DNA of 64,000 bases from Eledone cirrhosa (lineage: Eukaryota). Where the stretch lies: NCBI GenBank assembly GCA_964016885.1, contig OZ024755.1, positions 40,548,001-40,612,000 of the forward strand, written 5' to 3'. The notes below the pieces were generated by a model, which worked only from the letters and a program-made list of their open reading frames with translations, ran no database searches and was not told the origin of the DNA. The translations under genes and the position numbers were made by a program. Shown piece after piece: positions 13,201-31,035 of the stretch; within the stretch, counting starts at the first letter, position 1; each line of letters starts with the position of its first letter.

Positions 13201-16200
13201 ACTAACACATACCTACACACACTAACACCTACCTACACACGAACACCTACCTACAAACACTAACACCTACCTACACACACTAACACCTACCTACACACTA
13301 ACACCTACCTACACACTAACACCTACCTACACACTAACACCTACCTACACACACTAACAACTACATACACACACTAACACTTACCTACACACACTAACAC
13401 CTACCTAAACACTAACACCTACCTACACCACTAACACCTACCTACACACTAACACCTACCTACACACACTAACACCTACCTACACACTAACACCTACCTA
13501 CACACTAACACCTACCTACACACTAACACCTACCTACAGACACTAACAACTACATACACACACTAACACTTACCTACACACACTAACACCTACCTAAACA
13601 CTAACACCTACCTACACCACTAACACCTACCTAAAGACTAACACCTACCTACACCACTAACACCTACCTACACACTAACACCTACCTACACACACTAACA
13701 CCTACCTAAACACTAACACCTACCTACACCACTAACACCTACCTACACACACTAACACCTACCTACACACACTAACACCTACCTACACACACTAACACCT
13801 ACCTACACACACTAACACCTACCTACACACTAACACCTACATACACACACTAACACCTACCTACACACTAACACCTACCTACACACTAACACCTACCTAC
13901 ACACACTAACACCTACCTACACACACTAACACCTACCTACACACACTAACACCTACCTACACACACTAACACCTACCTACACACACTAACACCTACCTAC
14001 ACACACTAACACCTACATACACACACTAACACCTACCTACACACTAACACCTACCTACACACACTAACACCTACCTACACACTAACACCTACCTACACAC
14101 ACTAACACCTACCTACACACTAACACCTACCTACACACTAACACCTACCTACACACACTAACACCTACCTACACACTAACATCTACCTACACACACTAAC
14201 ACCTACCTACACACTAACACCTACCTACACACACTAACACCTACCTACACACACTAACACCTACCTACACACTAACACCTACCTACACACACTAACACCT
14301 ACATACACACACTAACACCTACCTACACACACTAACACCTACCTACACACTAACACCTTCCTACACACACTAATACCTACATACACACACTAACACCTAC
14401 CTACACACTAACACCTACCTACACACACTAACACCTACCTACACACTAACACCTACATACACACACTAACACCTACCTACACACTAACACCTACCTACAC
14501 ACTAACACCTACCTACACACTAACATCTACCTACACACACTAACACCTACCTACACACTAACACCTACCTACACACTAACACATACCTACACACTAACAC
14601 CTACCTACACACACTAACACCTACCTACACACTAACACCTACCTACACACACTAACACATACCTACACACTAACACCTACCTACACACACTAACACCAAC
14701 CTACACACTAACACCTACCTACACACTAACACATACCTAAACACTAACACCTACCTACACACAGTAACACCTACCTACACACACTAACACCTACCTACAC
14801 ACACTAACACCTACCTACACTCACTAACACCTACCTACACACACTAACACCTACCTACACACACTAACACCTACCTACACACACTAACACCTACCTACAC
14901 ACTAACACCTACCTACACATACTAACACCTACCTACACACTAACACCTACCTACACATACTAACACCTACCTACACACACTAACACCTACCTACACACTA
15001 ACGCCGACCTACACACTAACACCGACCTACACACTAACACCTACCTACACACTAACACCTACCTACACACACTAACACCTACCTACACACACTAACACCT
15101 ACCTACACACACTAACACCTACCTACACACACTAACACCTACCTACACACACTAACACCTACCTACACACTAACACCTACCTACACACACTAACACCTAC
15201 CTACACACACTAACACCTACCTACACACTAACGCCGACCTACACACTAACACCGACCTACACACTAACACCTACCTACACACTAACACCTACCTACACAC
15301 ACTAACACCTACCTACACACACTAACACCTACCTACACACTAACACCTACCTACACACTAACACCTACCTACACACTAACACCTACCTACACACTAACGC
15401 CGACCTACACACTAAAACCTACCTACACACTAACACCTACCTACACACACTAACACCTACCTACACACTAACACCTACCTACACACACTAACACCTACCT
15501 ACACACTAACACCTACCTACACACTAACGCCGACCTACACACTAACACCGACCTACACACTAACACATACCTACAAACAGTAACACCTACCTACACACTA
15601 ACACCTACCTACACACACTAACACCTACCTACACACGAACACCTACCTACACACACCAACACCTACCTACACACACTAACACCTACCTACACACACTAAC
15701 ACCTACCTACACACACTAACACCTACCTACACACACTAACACCTACCTACACACACTAACACCTACCTACACACGAACACCTACCTACACACACTAACAC
15801 CTACCTACACACTAACACCTACCTACACACTAACACCTACATACACAGTAACACCTACCTACACACTAACACCTACCTACACACACTAACACCTACCTAC
15901 ACACACTAACACCTACCTACACAGTAACACCTACCTACACACTAACACCTACCTACACACACTAACACCTACCTACACACTAACACCTACCTACACACTA
16001 AAACCTACCTACACACTAACACCTACCTACACACTAACACATACCTACACACACTAACACATACCTACACACGAACACCTACCTACACACACTAACACCT
16101 ACCTACACACACTAACACCTACCTACACACTAACACCTACCTACACACTAACACCTACCTACACACTAACACCTACCTACACACACTAACACCTACCTAC

Positions 16201-19200
16201 ACACACTAACACCTACCTACACACACTAACACCTACCTACACACGAACACCTACCTACACACACTAACACCTACCTACACACTAACACCTACCTACACAC
16301 TAACACCTACATACACAGTAACACCTACCTACACACTAACACCTACCTACACACACTAACACCTACCTACACACACTAACACCTACCTACACAGTAACAC
16401 CTACCTACACACTAACACCTACCTACACACACTAACACCTACCTACACACTAACACCTACCTACACACTAAAACCTACCTACACACTAACACCTACCTAC
16501 ACACTAACACATACCTACACACACTAACACCTACCTACACACGAACACCTACCTACACACACTAACACCTACCTACACACACTAACACCTACCTACACAC
16601 TAACACCTACCTACACACTAACACCTACCTACACACTAACACCTACCTACACACACTAACACCTACCTACACACACTAACACCTACCTACACACTAACAC
16701 CTACCTACACACACTAACACCTACCTACACACTAACACCTACCTACACACTAACACCTACCTACACACACTAACACCTACCTACACACTAACACCTACCT
16801 ACACACTAACACCTACCTACACACACTAACACCTACCTACACACTAACACCTACCTACACACTAACACCTACCTACACACACTAACACCTACCTACACAC
16901 TAACACCTACCTACACACTAACACCTACCTACACACACTAACACCTACCTACACTGTAACACCTACCTACACACTAACACCTACCTACACACACTAACAC
17001 CTACCTACACACTAACACCTACCTACACACTAACACCTACCTACACACACTAACACCGACCTACACACTAACACCTACCTACACACTAACACATACCTAC
17101 ACACACTAACACCTACCTACACACGAACACCTACCTACAAACACTAACACCTACCTACACACACTAACACCTACCTACACACTAACACCTACCTACACAC
17201 TAACACCTACCTACACACTAACACCTACCTACACACACTAACAACTACATACACACACTAACACTTACCTACACACACTAACACCTACCTAAACACTAAC
17301 ACCTACCTACACCACTAACACCTACCTACACACTAACACCTACCTACACACACTAACACCTACCTACACACTAACACCTACCTACACACTAACACCTACC
17401 TACAGACACTAACAACTACATACACACACTAACACTTACCTACACACACTAACACCTACCTAAACACTAACACCTACCTACACCACTAACACCTACCTAA
17501 AGACTAACACCTACCTACACCACTAACACCTACCTACACACTAACACCTACCTACACACACTAACACCTACCTAAACACTAACACCTACCTACACCACTA
17601 ACACCTACCTACACACACTAACACCTACCTACACACACTAACACCTACCTACACACACTAACACCTACCTACACACACTAACACCTACCTACACACTAAC
17701 ACCTACATACACACACTAACACCTACCTACACACTAACACCTACCTACACACTAACACCTACCTACACACACTAACACCTACCTACACACACTAACACCT
17801 ACCTACACACACTAACACCTACCTACACACACTAACACCTACCTACACACACTAACACCTACCTACACACACTAACACCTACATACACACACTAACACCT
17901 ACCTACACACTAACACCTACCTACACACACTAACACCTACCTACACACTAACACCTACCTACACACACTAACACCTACCTACACACTAACACCTACCTAC
18001 ACACTAACACCTACCTACACACACTAACACCTACCTACACACTAACATCTACCTACACACACTAACACCTACCTACACACTAACACCTACCTACACACAC
18101 TAACACCTACCTACACACACTAACACCTACCTACACACTAACACCTACCTACACACACTAACACCTACATACACACACTAACACCTACCTACACACACTA
18201 ACACCTACCTACACACTAACACCTTCCTACACACACTAACACCTACATACACACACTAACACCTACCTACACACTAACACCTACCTACACACACTAACAC
18301 CTACCTACACACTAACACCTACATACACACACTAACACCTACCTACACACTAACACCTACCTACACACTAACACCTACCTACACACTAACATCTACCTAC
18401 ACACACTAACACCTACCTACACACTAACACCTACCTACACACTAACACATACCTACACACTAACACCTACCTACACACACTAACACCTACCTACACACTA
18501 ACACCTACCTACACACACTAACACATACCTACACACTAACACCTACCTACACACACTAACACCAACCTACACACTAACACCTACCTACACACTAACACAT
18601 ACCTAAACACTAACACCTACCTACACACAGTAACACCTACCTACACACACTAACACCTACCTACACACACTAACACCTACCTACACACACTAACACCTAC
18701 CTACACACTAACACCTACCTACACACAGTAATACCTACCTACACACAGTAATACCTACCTACACACACTAACACCTACCTACACACTAACACCTACCTAC
18801 ACACAGTAATACCTACCTACACACACTAACACCTACCTACACACAGTAATACCTACCTACACACACTAACACCTACCTACACACAGTAACACCTACCTAC
18901 ACACTAACACCTACCTACACACAGTAACACCTACCTACACACACTAACACCTACCTACACACACTAACACCTACCTACACACACTAACAGCTACCTACAT
19001 ACACTAACACCTACCTACACACACTAACACCTACCTACACACACTAACACCTACCTACACACACTAACACCTACCTACACACTAACACCTACCTACACAC
19101 ACTAACACCTACCTACACACTAACACTTACCTACACACTAACACCTACCTACACACACTAACACCTACCTACACACTAACACCTACCTACACACACTAAC

Positions 19201-22200
19201 ACCTACCTACACACTAACACCTACATACACACACTAACATCTACCTACACACTAAAACCTACCTACACACTAACACCTACCTACACACTAACACCTACCT
19301 ACACACACTAACACCTACCTACACACAGTAACACCTACCTACACACACTAACACCTACCTACACACACTAACACCTACCTACACACACTAACACCTACAC
19401 ACACTAACACCTACCTACACACACTAACACCTACCTACACACTAACACCTACCTACACACTAACGCCGACCTACACACTAACACCGACCTACACACTAAC
19501 ACCTACCTACACACACTAACACCTACCTACACACTAACACCTACCTACACACACTAACACCTACCTACACACGAACACCTACCTACACACACCAACACCT
19601 ACCTACACACACTAACACCTACCTACACACACTAACACCTACCTACACACACTAACACCTACCTACACACACTAACACCTACCTACACACACTAACACCT
19701 ACCTACACACACTAACACCTACCTACACACTAACACCTACCTACACACACTAACACCTACCTACACACTAACACCTACCTACACACACTAACACCTACCT
19801 ACACACTAACACCTACCTACACACTAACACCTACCTACACACTAACACCTACCTACACACTAACACCTACCTACACACTAACACATACCTACACACACTA
19901 ACACCTACCTACACACGAACACCTACCTACACACACTAACACATACCTACACACACTAACACCTACCTACACACACTAACACCTACCTACACACTAACAC
20001 CTACCTACACACACTAACACCTACCTACACACTAACACCTACCTACACACTAACACATACCTACACACACTAACACCTACCTACACACGAACACCTACCT
20101 ACACACACTAACACCTACCTACACACACTAACACCTACCTACACACACTAACACCTACCTACACACACTAACACCTACCTACACACACTAACACCTACCT
20201 ACACACACTAACACCTACCTACACACTAACACCTACCTACACACTAACACCTACCTACACACACTAACACCTACCTACACACTAACACCTACCTACACAC
20301 TAACACCTACCTACACACTAACACCTACCTACACACTAACACCTACCTACACACTAACACATACCTACACACACTAACACGTACCTACACACGAACACCT
20401 ACCTACACACACTAACACCTACCTACACACACTAACACCTACCTACACACTAACACCTACCTACACACACTAACACCTACCTAAACACTAACACCTACCT
20501 ACACACTAACACTTACCTACACACTAACACCTACCTACACACTAACACCTACCTACACACTAACACCTACCTACACACTAACACCTACCTACACACACTA
20601 ACAACTACATACACACACTAACACTTACCTACACACACTAACACCTACCTAAACACTAACACCTACCTACACCACTAACACCTACCTACACACACTAACA
20701 CCTACCTACACACACTAACACCTACCTACACACACTAACACCTACCTACACACTAACACCTACCTACACCACTAACACCTACCTACACACACTAACACCT
20801 ACCTACACACACTAACACCTACATACACACTAACACCTACCTACACACACTAACACCTACATACACACTAACATCTACCTACACACACTAACACCTACCT
20901 AAACACTAACACCTACCTACACCACTAATACCTACCTACACACACTAACACCTACCTACACACACTAACACCTACATACACACACTAACACCTACCTAAA
21001 CACTAACACCTACCTACACACACTAACACCTACCTACACACTAACACCTACCTACACACACTAACACCTACCTACACACTAACATCTACCTACACACACT
21101 AACACCTACCTACACACTAACACCTACCTACACACTAACACCTACCTACACACTAACACCTACCTACACACACTAACACCTACATACACACACTAACACC
21201 TACCTACACACACTAACACCTACCTACACACTAACACCTACCTACACAGACTAACACCTACATACACACACTAACACCTACCTAAACACTAACACCTACC
21301 TACACACACTAACACCTACCTACACACTAACACCTACCTACACACACTAACACCTACCTACACACTAACACCTACCTACACACACTAACACCTACATACA
21401 CACACTAACACCTACCTACACACACTAACACCTACATACACACACTAACACCTACCTACACACACTAACACCTACCTACACACACTAACACCTACCTACA
21501 CACACTAACACCTACCTACACACTAACACCTACCTACACACACTAACACCTACCTACACACTAACACCTACCTACAAACACTAACAACTACCTACACACT
21601 AACACCTACCTACACACTAACACCTACCTACACACTAACACCTACCTACACACTAACACCTACCTACACACTAACACATACCTACACACACTAACACCTA
21701 CCTACACACACTAACACCTACCTACACACACTAACACCTATCTACACACACTAACACCTACCTACACACACTAACACCTACCTACACACTAACACCTACC
21801 TACACACACTAACACATACCTACACACACTAACACCTACCTACACACGAACACCTACCTACACACACTAACACCTACCTACACACACTAACACCTACCTA
21901 CACACACTAACACCTACCTACACACACTAACACCTACCTACACACTAACACCTACCTACACACACTAACACATACCTACACACACTAACACCTACCTACA
22001 CACGAACACCTACCTACACACACTAACACCTACCTACACATACTAACACCTACCTACACACACTAACACCTACCTACACACACTAACACCTACCTACACA
22101 CTAACACCTACCTACACACTAACACATACCTACACACACTAACACCTACCTACACACGAACACCTACCTGCACACACTAACACCTACCTACACACACTAA

Positions 22201-24602
22201 CACCTACCTACACACACTAACACCTACCTACACACACTAACACCTACCTACACACACTAACACCTACCTACACACACTAACACCTACCTACACACTAACA
22301 CCTACCTACACACTAACACCTACCTACACACACTAACACCTACCTACACACTAACACCTACCTACACACTAACACCTACCTACACACTAACACCTACCTA
22401 CACACTAACACCTACCTACACACTAACACATACCTACACACACTAACACCTACCTACACACGAACACCTACCTACACACACTAACACCTACCTACACACT
22501 AACACCTACCTACACACACTAACACCTACCTACACACTAACACCTACCTACACACTAACACCTACCTACACACTAACACCTACCTACACACACTAACAAC
22601 TACATACACACACTAACACTTACCTACACACACTAACACCTACCTAAACACTAACACCTACCTACACCACTAACACCTACCTACACACTAACACCTACCT
22701 ACACACACTAACACCTACCTACACACTAACACCTACCTACACACACTAACACCTACCTACACACTAACACCTACCTACACACACTAACACCAACCTACAC
22801 ACTAACACCTACCTACACACTAACACATACCTACACACTAACACCTACCTACACACACTAACACCTACCTACACACACTAACACCTACCTACACACACTA
22901 ACACCTACCTACACACACTAACACCTACCTACACACTAGCACCTACCTACACACTAACACCTACCTACACACTAACACCTACCTACACACACTAACACCT
23001 ACATACACACTAACACCTACCTACACACTAACACCTACCTACACACTAACACCTACCTACACACTAACACCTACCTACACACTAACACTTACCTACACAC
23101 ACTAACACCTACCTAAACACTAACACCTACCTACACACTAACACCTACCTACACACACTAACACCTACATACACACTAACACCTACCTACACACTAACAC
23201 CTACCTACACACTAACACCTACCTACACACTAACACCTACCTACACACTAACACTTACCTACACACACTAACACCTACCTACACACTAACACCTACCTAC
23301 ACACTAACACTTACCTACACACACTAACACCTACCTACACACTAACACCTACCTACACACACTAACACCTACCTACACACTAACACTTACCTACACACAC
23401 TAACACCTACCTAAACACTAACACCTACCTACACACTAACACCTACCTACACACTAACACCTACCTACACACACTTACAACTACATACACACACTAACAC
23501 TTACCTACACACACTAACACGTACATACACACACTAACACCTACCTACACACTAACACCTACCTACACACACTAACACCTACCTACACACACTAACACCT
23601 ACCTACACACACTAGCACCTACCTACACACACTAACACCTACCTACACACACTAACACCTACCTACACACTAACACCTACCTACACACACTAACACCTAC
23701 CTACACACTAACACCTACCTACACACACTAACACCTACCTACACACTAACACCTACCTACACACTAACACATACCTACACACTAACACATACCTACACAC
23801 TAACACCTACCTACACACACTAACACCTACCTACACACTAACACCTACCTACACACTAACACATAGCTACACACTAACACCTACCTACACACACTAACAC
23901 CTACCTACACACACTAACACCTACCTACACACTAACACCTACCTACACACACTAACACCTACCTACACACTAACACCTACCTACACACACTAACACCTAC
24001 CTACACACTAACACCTACCTACACACTAACACATACCTACACACTAACACATACCTACACACTAACACCTACCTACACACACTAACACCTACCTACACAC
24101 TAACACCTACCTACACACTAACACCTACCTACACACACTAACACCTACCTACACACTAACACCTACCTACACACACTAACACCTACCTACACACTAACAC
24201 CTACCTACACACACTAACACCTACCTACACACTAACACCTACCTACACACTAACACATACCTACACACTAACACATACCTACACACTAACACCTACCTAC
24301 ACACACTAACACCTACCTACACACTAACACCAACCTACACACTAACACCTAATTACACACACTAACACCTACCTACACACACTAATACCTACCTACACAC
24401 TAACACCTACCTACACACTAACACCTACCTACACACTAACACCTACCTACACACACTAACACCTACCTACACACTAACACCTACCTACACACTAACACCT
24501 ACCTACACACTAACACCTACCTACACACACTAACACCTACCTACACACTAACACCTACCTACACACACTAACACCTACTTACACACTAAAATCTACCTAC
24601 AC
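7262..24602. repeat. 17.3-kb satellite of mixed 18/20-bp units taacacctacctac(ac)2-3
   Basis: Direct; diagnostic variants reveal higher-order duplications. Confidence 0.98.
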
Positions 24603-27600
24603 AAACTATGGCCTCACCTGTCATAGATGAGAAACTATGGCCTCACCTGTCATAGACAAGAAACTACAGCCTCACCTGTCATTGATGAGAAACTATGGCC
24701 TCACCTGTCATAGACAAGAAACTACAGCCTCACCTGTCATAGATTAGAAACTATGGCCTCACCTGTCATAGATGAGAAACTACAGCATCACCTGTCATAC
24801 ATGAGAAACTACAGCCTCACCTGTCATAGATGAGAAACTACAGCATCACCTGTCATACATGAGAAACTACAGCCTCACCTGTCATAGATGAGAAACTACA
24901 GCATCACCTGTCATACATGAGAAACTACAGCCTCACCTGTCATAGATGACAAACTACAGCCTCACCTGTCATAGATGAGAAACTATGGCCTCACCTGTCA
25001 TAGATGAGAGACTATGGCCTCACCTGTCGTAGATGAGAAACTATGGCCTCACCTGTCATAGATGAGAAACTATGGCCTCACCTGTCATGGATGAGAAACT
25101 ATGGCCTAACCTGTCATAGATGACAAACTACAGCCTCACCTGTCATAGATGACAAACTACAGCCTCACCTGTCATTGATGAGAAACTATGGCCTCACCTG
25201 TCATAGACAAGAAACTACAGCCTCAACTGTCATAGATGACAAACTACAGCCTCACCTGTCATTGATGAGAAACTATGGCCTCACCTGTCATAGACAAGAA
25301 ACTACAGCCTCACCTGTCATAGATTAGAAACTACAGTCTCACCTGTCATAGATTAGAAACTATGGCCTCACATGTCGTAGATGAGAAACTATGGCCTCAC
25401 CTGTCATAGATGAGAAACTACAGCCTCACCTGTCATAGATGACAAACTACAGCCTCACCTGTCATGGATGAGAGACTATGGCCTCACCTGTCGTAGATGA
25501 GAAACTATGCCCTCGCCTGTCATGGATGAGAAACTACAGCCTCACCTGTCATGGATGAGAGACTATGGCCTCACCTGTCGTAGATGAGAAACTATGGCCT
25601 CACCTGTCATGGATGAGAAACTACAGCCTCACCTGTCATAGATGAGAAACTACGGTCTCACCTGTCATAGATGAGAAACTACAGCCTCACCTGTCATAGA
25701 TGAGAAATTATGGCCTCACCTGTCATAGATGAGAAACTACAGCCTCACCTGTCATGGATGAGAAACTATGGTCTTACCTGTCATGGATGAGAAACTATGG
25801 CCTCACCTGTCATGGATGAGAAACTACAGCCTCACCTGTCATGGATGAGAAACTATAGCCTCACCTGTCATAGATGAGAAACTATGGCCTCACCTGTCAT
25901 AGATGAGAAACTACAGCCTCACCTGTCATGGATGAGAAACTATAGCCTCACCTGTCATAGATGAGAAACTATGGCCTCACCTGTCATATATGAGAAACTA
26001 TGGCCTCACCTGTCATAGATGAGAAACTATAGCCTCACCTGTCATAGATGAGAAACTATAGCCTCACCTGTCATAGATAAGAAACTACAGCCTCACCTGT
26101 CATAGATGAGAATCTATAGCCTCACCTGTCATAAATGAGAAACTACAGCCTCTCCTGTCGTAGATGACAAACTATAGCCTCACCTGTCATAGATGAGAAA
26201 CTATGGCATCACCTGTCATAGATGAGAAACTATAGCCTCACCTGTCATAGATGAGAATCTATAGCCTCACCTGTCATGGATGATAAACTATGGCCTCACC
26301 TCTCATCGATGAGAAACTATGGCCTCACTTGTCATAGATGAGAAACTATGGCCTCACCTGTCATGGATGAGAAACTATGGCCTCACTTGTCATAGATGAG
26401 AAACTATGGCCTCACCTGTCATGGATGAGAAACTATGGCCTCACCTGTCATAGATGAGAAACTATGGCCTCACCTGTCATAGATGAGAAACTATGGCCTC
26501 ACTTGTCATAGATGAGAAACTATGGCCTCACCTGTCATGGATGAGAAACTATGGCCTCACTTGTCATAGATGAGAAACTATGGCCTCACCTGTCATAGAT
26601 GAGAAACTATGGCCTCACCTGTCATAGATGAGAAACTATGGCCTCACTTGTCATAGATGAGAAACTATGGCCTCACCTGTCATGGATGAGAAACTATGGC
26701 CTCACCTGTCGTAGATGAGAAACTATGCCCTCACCTGTCATGGATGAGAAACTATGGCCCCACCTGTCATGGATGAGAAACTATGGCCTCACCTGTCATA
26801 GATGAGAAACTATGGCCTCACCTGTCATAGATGAGAAACTATGGCCTCACCTGTCGTAGATGAGAAATTATGGCCTCACCTGTCATGGATGAGAAACTAT
26901 GGCCTCACCTGTCATAGATGAGAAACTACAGCCTCACCTGTCATAGATGAGAAACTATGCCCTCACCTGTCATGGATGAGAAACTATGGTCTCACCTGTC
27001 ATGGATGAGAAACTATGGCCTCACCTGTCATAGATGAGAAACTATGGCCTCACCTGTCATAGATGAGAAACTACAGCCTCGCCTGTCATCGATGAGAAAC
27101 TATGGCCTCACCTGTCATGGATGAGAAACTATGGCCTCACCTGTCATAGATGAGAAACTATGGCCTCACCTGTCATGGATGAGAAACTATGGCCTCACCT
27201 GTCATAGATGAGAAACTATGGCCTCACCTGTCATGGATGAGAAACTATGGCCTCACCTGTCATCGATGAGAAACTATGGCCTCACCTGTCATGGATGAGA
27301 AACTATGGCCTCACCTGTCATCGATGAGAAACTATGGCCTCACCTGTCATGGATGAGAAACTATGGCCTCACCTGTCATAGATGAGAAACTATGGCCTCA
27401 CCTGTCATGGATGAGAAACTATGGCCTCACCTGTCATAGATGAGAAACTATGGCCTCACCTGTCATGGATGAGAAACTATGGCCTCACCTGTCATCGATG
27501 AGAAACTATGGCCTCACCTGTCATGGATGAGAAACTATGGCCTCACCTGTCATCGATGAGAAACTATGGCCTCACCTGTCATGGATGAGAAACTATGGCC

Positions 27601-28468
27601 TCACCTGTCATAGATGAGAAACTATGGCCTCACCTGTCATGGATGAGAAACTATGGTCTTACCTGTCATGGATGAGAAACTATGGCCTCACCTGTCATGG
27701 ATGAGAAACTATGGCCTCACCTGTCGTAGATGAGAAACTATGGCCTCACCTGTCATGGATGAGAAACTATGGTCTTACCTGTCATGGATGAGAAACTATG
27801 GCCTCACCTGTCATGGATGAGAAACTATGGCCTCACCTGTCATGGATGAGAAACTATGGCCTCACCTGTCATGGATGAGAAACTATGGCCTCACCTGTCG
27901 TAGATGAGAAACTATGGCCTCACCTGTCATGGATGAGAAACTATGGTCTTACCTGTCATGGATGAGAAACTATGGCCTCACCTGTCATGGATGAGAAACT
28001 ATGGCCTCACCTGTCATGGATGAGAAACTATGGCCTCACCTGTCATAGATGAGAAACTATGGCCTCACCTGTCGTAGATGAGAAACTATGGCCTCACCTG
28101 TCATGGATGAGAAATTATGGCCTCACCTGTCATCGATGAGAAACTATGGCCTCACCTGTCATGGATGAGAAACTATGGCCTCACCTGTCATGGATGAGAA
28201 ATTATGGCCTCACCTGTCATAGATGAGAAACTATGGCCTCACCTGTCGTAGATGAGAAACTATGGCCTCACCTGTCGTAGATGAGAAACTATGGCCTCGC
28301 CTGTCATGGATGAGAAACTATGCCCTCACCTGTCATAGATGAGAAACTATGGCCTCACCTGTCATGGATGAGAAACTATGGCCTCACCTGTCATGGATGA
28401 GAAACTATGGCCTCACCTGTCATGGATGAGAAACTACAGCCTATCCTGTCATAGATGAGAAACTACAA
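24603..28468. repeat. 29-bp satellite, ~133 copies
   Basis: Unit aaacta(tg/ca)gcctcacctgtcat(a/g)gatgag; period 29 (24603 to 24632). Confidence 0.98.
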
Positions 28469-28655
28469 AATAATTGTTTCTACTTTTGGCACAAGGCGAG
28501 TAAATTACCCAGTGCATTACTGGTACTTTTATTTTATCGATCCCGTAAGGATGAAAGGCAAAGTTAACCTTGACGGGATTTCAACACAGTCCGGAAAGAG
28601 ACGTAACTAAGCTAGAAAGCATGACGTCCAACCCTCTACTGATACTGCCAATTCA
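28469..28655 (-). mobile_element. Family 1 SINE
   Basis: Reverse complement of 1661-1848; terminates the 29-bp array. Confidence 0.9.
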
Positions 28656-28679
28656 AAAGTTGGCAATAGTTTATATAAA

Positions 28680-28845
28680 AACCTTCCGACTTAATTTCCT
28701 GTAGGAACCATTGTTAAGTTATGTTCCAAACACCAACTTAATGAGAAAGGTAGTGAAATTGGTGACTATTTGATAAATTTTTGAAATCATATTTGAAAAT
28801 CATAGGGAGTTTCTTTGATTAGAGATATAAGGACGAAAGGGTTAA
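28680..28845. mobile_element. Possible piggyBac-like MITE remnant end
   Basis: Ends aaagggttaa (TTAA plus CCCT terminus on the minus strand). No partner end seen. Confidence 0.3.
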
Positions 28846-28979
28846 TGTTGATGTTGATGAGAAATGTCCATCTGAGACTAAACAAAGAATTAGATGACAG
28901 ATTTAATACAAACTTTCGTCTCTTGGGTTAGCTATTATCGCAATAATAACCACTAACAACTGTGATTGATTTCATTGGT

Positions 28980-29819
<840 letters not shown>

Positions 29820-29820
<1 letters not shown>

Positions 29821-30103
29821 AAAAAAGATAAAATCGAAAATGCAACTGGAGTCTTATTTTTAAAAAAATATATATATTTATTTGGTTCCTTTACTGGTTT
29901 CGCAGTTCTTCTGCTTTTCAAAAGTAGAGTTGAGATGAAGGGTCTGTAGTTTTTCTCACATCTGTGAGAAAAACCACAGACCCTCCATCTCAACTCTACT
30001 TTTGAAAAGCATAAGAACTGCGAAACCGGTAAAGGAACCAAATAAATATATATATATTTTTTTTAAATAAGACTCCAGTTGCATTTTCGATTTCATCTTT
30101 TTT
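29820..30103. repeat. ~280-bp imperfect palindrome centred at 29961-29962, with a hammerhead variant in each arm
   Basis: tttttctcaca-tc-tgtgagaaaaa centre; arms run out to aaaaaagat / atctttttt. Confidence 0.93.
29999..30034 (+). ncRNA. Minimal hammerhead candidate with U3-A8 core variant
   Basis: ctt TTGAAAA gca-taagaac-tgc GAAAC cg GTA aag, followed by AATAAA. Confidence 0.55.
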
Positions 30104-30178
30104 TCTTCATACTTTCACTCGTGTAGGACACCTCGGTTATTTTGCATTTTGTAAAAAAATACCTCACTTTCTAATAAA

Positions 30179-30274
<96 letters not shown>

Positions 30275-30429
30275 AATATATATAATTATATATATGTAGA
30301 TAAATCTACCAAGAGTTTACGGTAGTGTCCAATCCGTATGAAGAACTCAATGTAATCCGGATATCATGGAAAGAAGAGATGCAATGAAAAATCACTTTCG
30401 GTGAAAGATAAACGGAATACAGAGTCAAG

Positions 30430-30739
30430 ATAAAATATTAAAAAAATAATGAATAAAACAATGAAACAGTTCCTTATATTAAACAAAAAAAGTTCATTAT
30501 TTAACGATCGTTTCTAGGATATATTATTATTTCTGAAGACGGCATATATATGTGTTGGTATGTATATTTAATTTTGATAGTTTGTATAATTTTGTATAAT
30601 TTTGTACATAGATCTGTTGAATATGCATGCCAATTCTAACACATATATATCCTAGAAACGATCGTTAAATAATGAACTTTTTTTGTTTAATATAAGGAAC
30701 TGTTTCATTGTTTTATTCATTATTTTTTTAATATTTTAT
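30430..30739. repeat. ~95-bp inverted repeat pair (30430-30524 / 30645-30739)
   Basis: The arms are reverse complements as read by eye. Confidence 0.93.
30526..30673 (+). ncRNA. Type I hammerhead ribozyme with very long stem II
   Basis: attattt CTGAAGA c ggcatatatatgtgttgg..ctaacacatatatatcct a GAAAC gatc GTT aaataat. 7-bp stem I. Confidence 0.75.
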
Positions 30740-31035
30740 AATTATATATATATATTTATATATATATATTTCGTTTCCGAATTTGTTTAGCAAGATTCTT
30801 TATCTGAAAACGTGTGTGAAACCGATATTGTTATACTTTGGGAGAGTCATGTTGCCAATAAGAAACACACGCACCAGTTACTTTCACTTCAATTTATTAT
30901 AATAAATTTATAAATTTCCGGTTGGTTGGTTGGTTCCACAACCAGATGGTTGTTTATATATTGTCAAAGTTCTTACGTCACACATTCTGTGACCTCTTCA
31001 GTGACTGGGGATTCTTTTCTTTGTTTTTGTGCCTC

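Noticed and set aside
7262-24602. True telomeric repeat
   Set aside because: No TTAGGG units; only loose TAGG similarity.
24603-28468. CRISPR-like 29-bp repeats, or a hammerhead-like GATGA-GAAAC..GTC in each unit
   Set aside because: No unique spacers or cas genes. No CUGA core and no stem II between GATGA and GAAAC.
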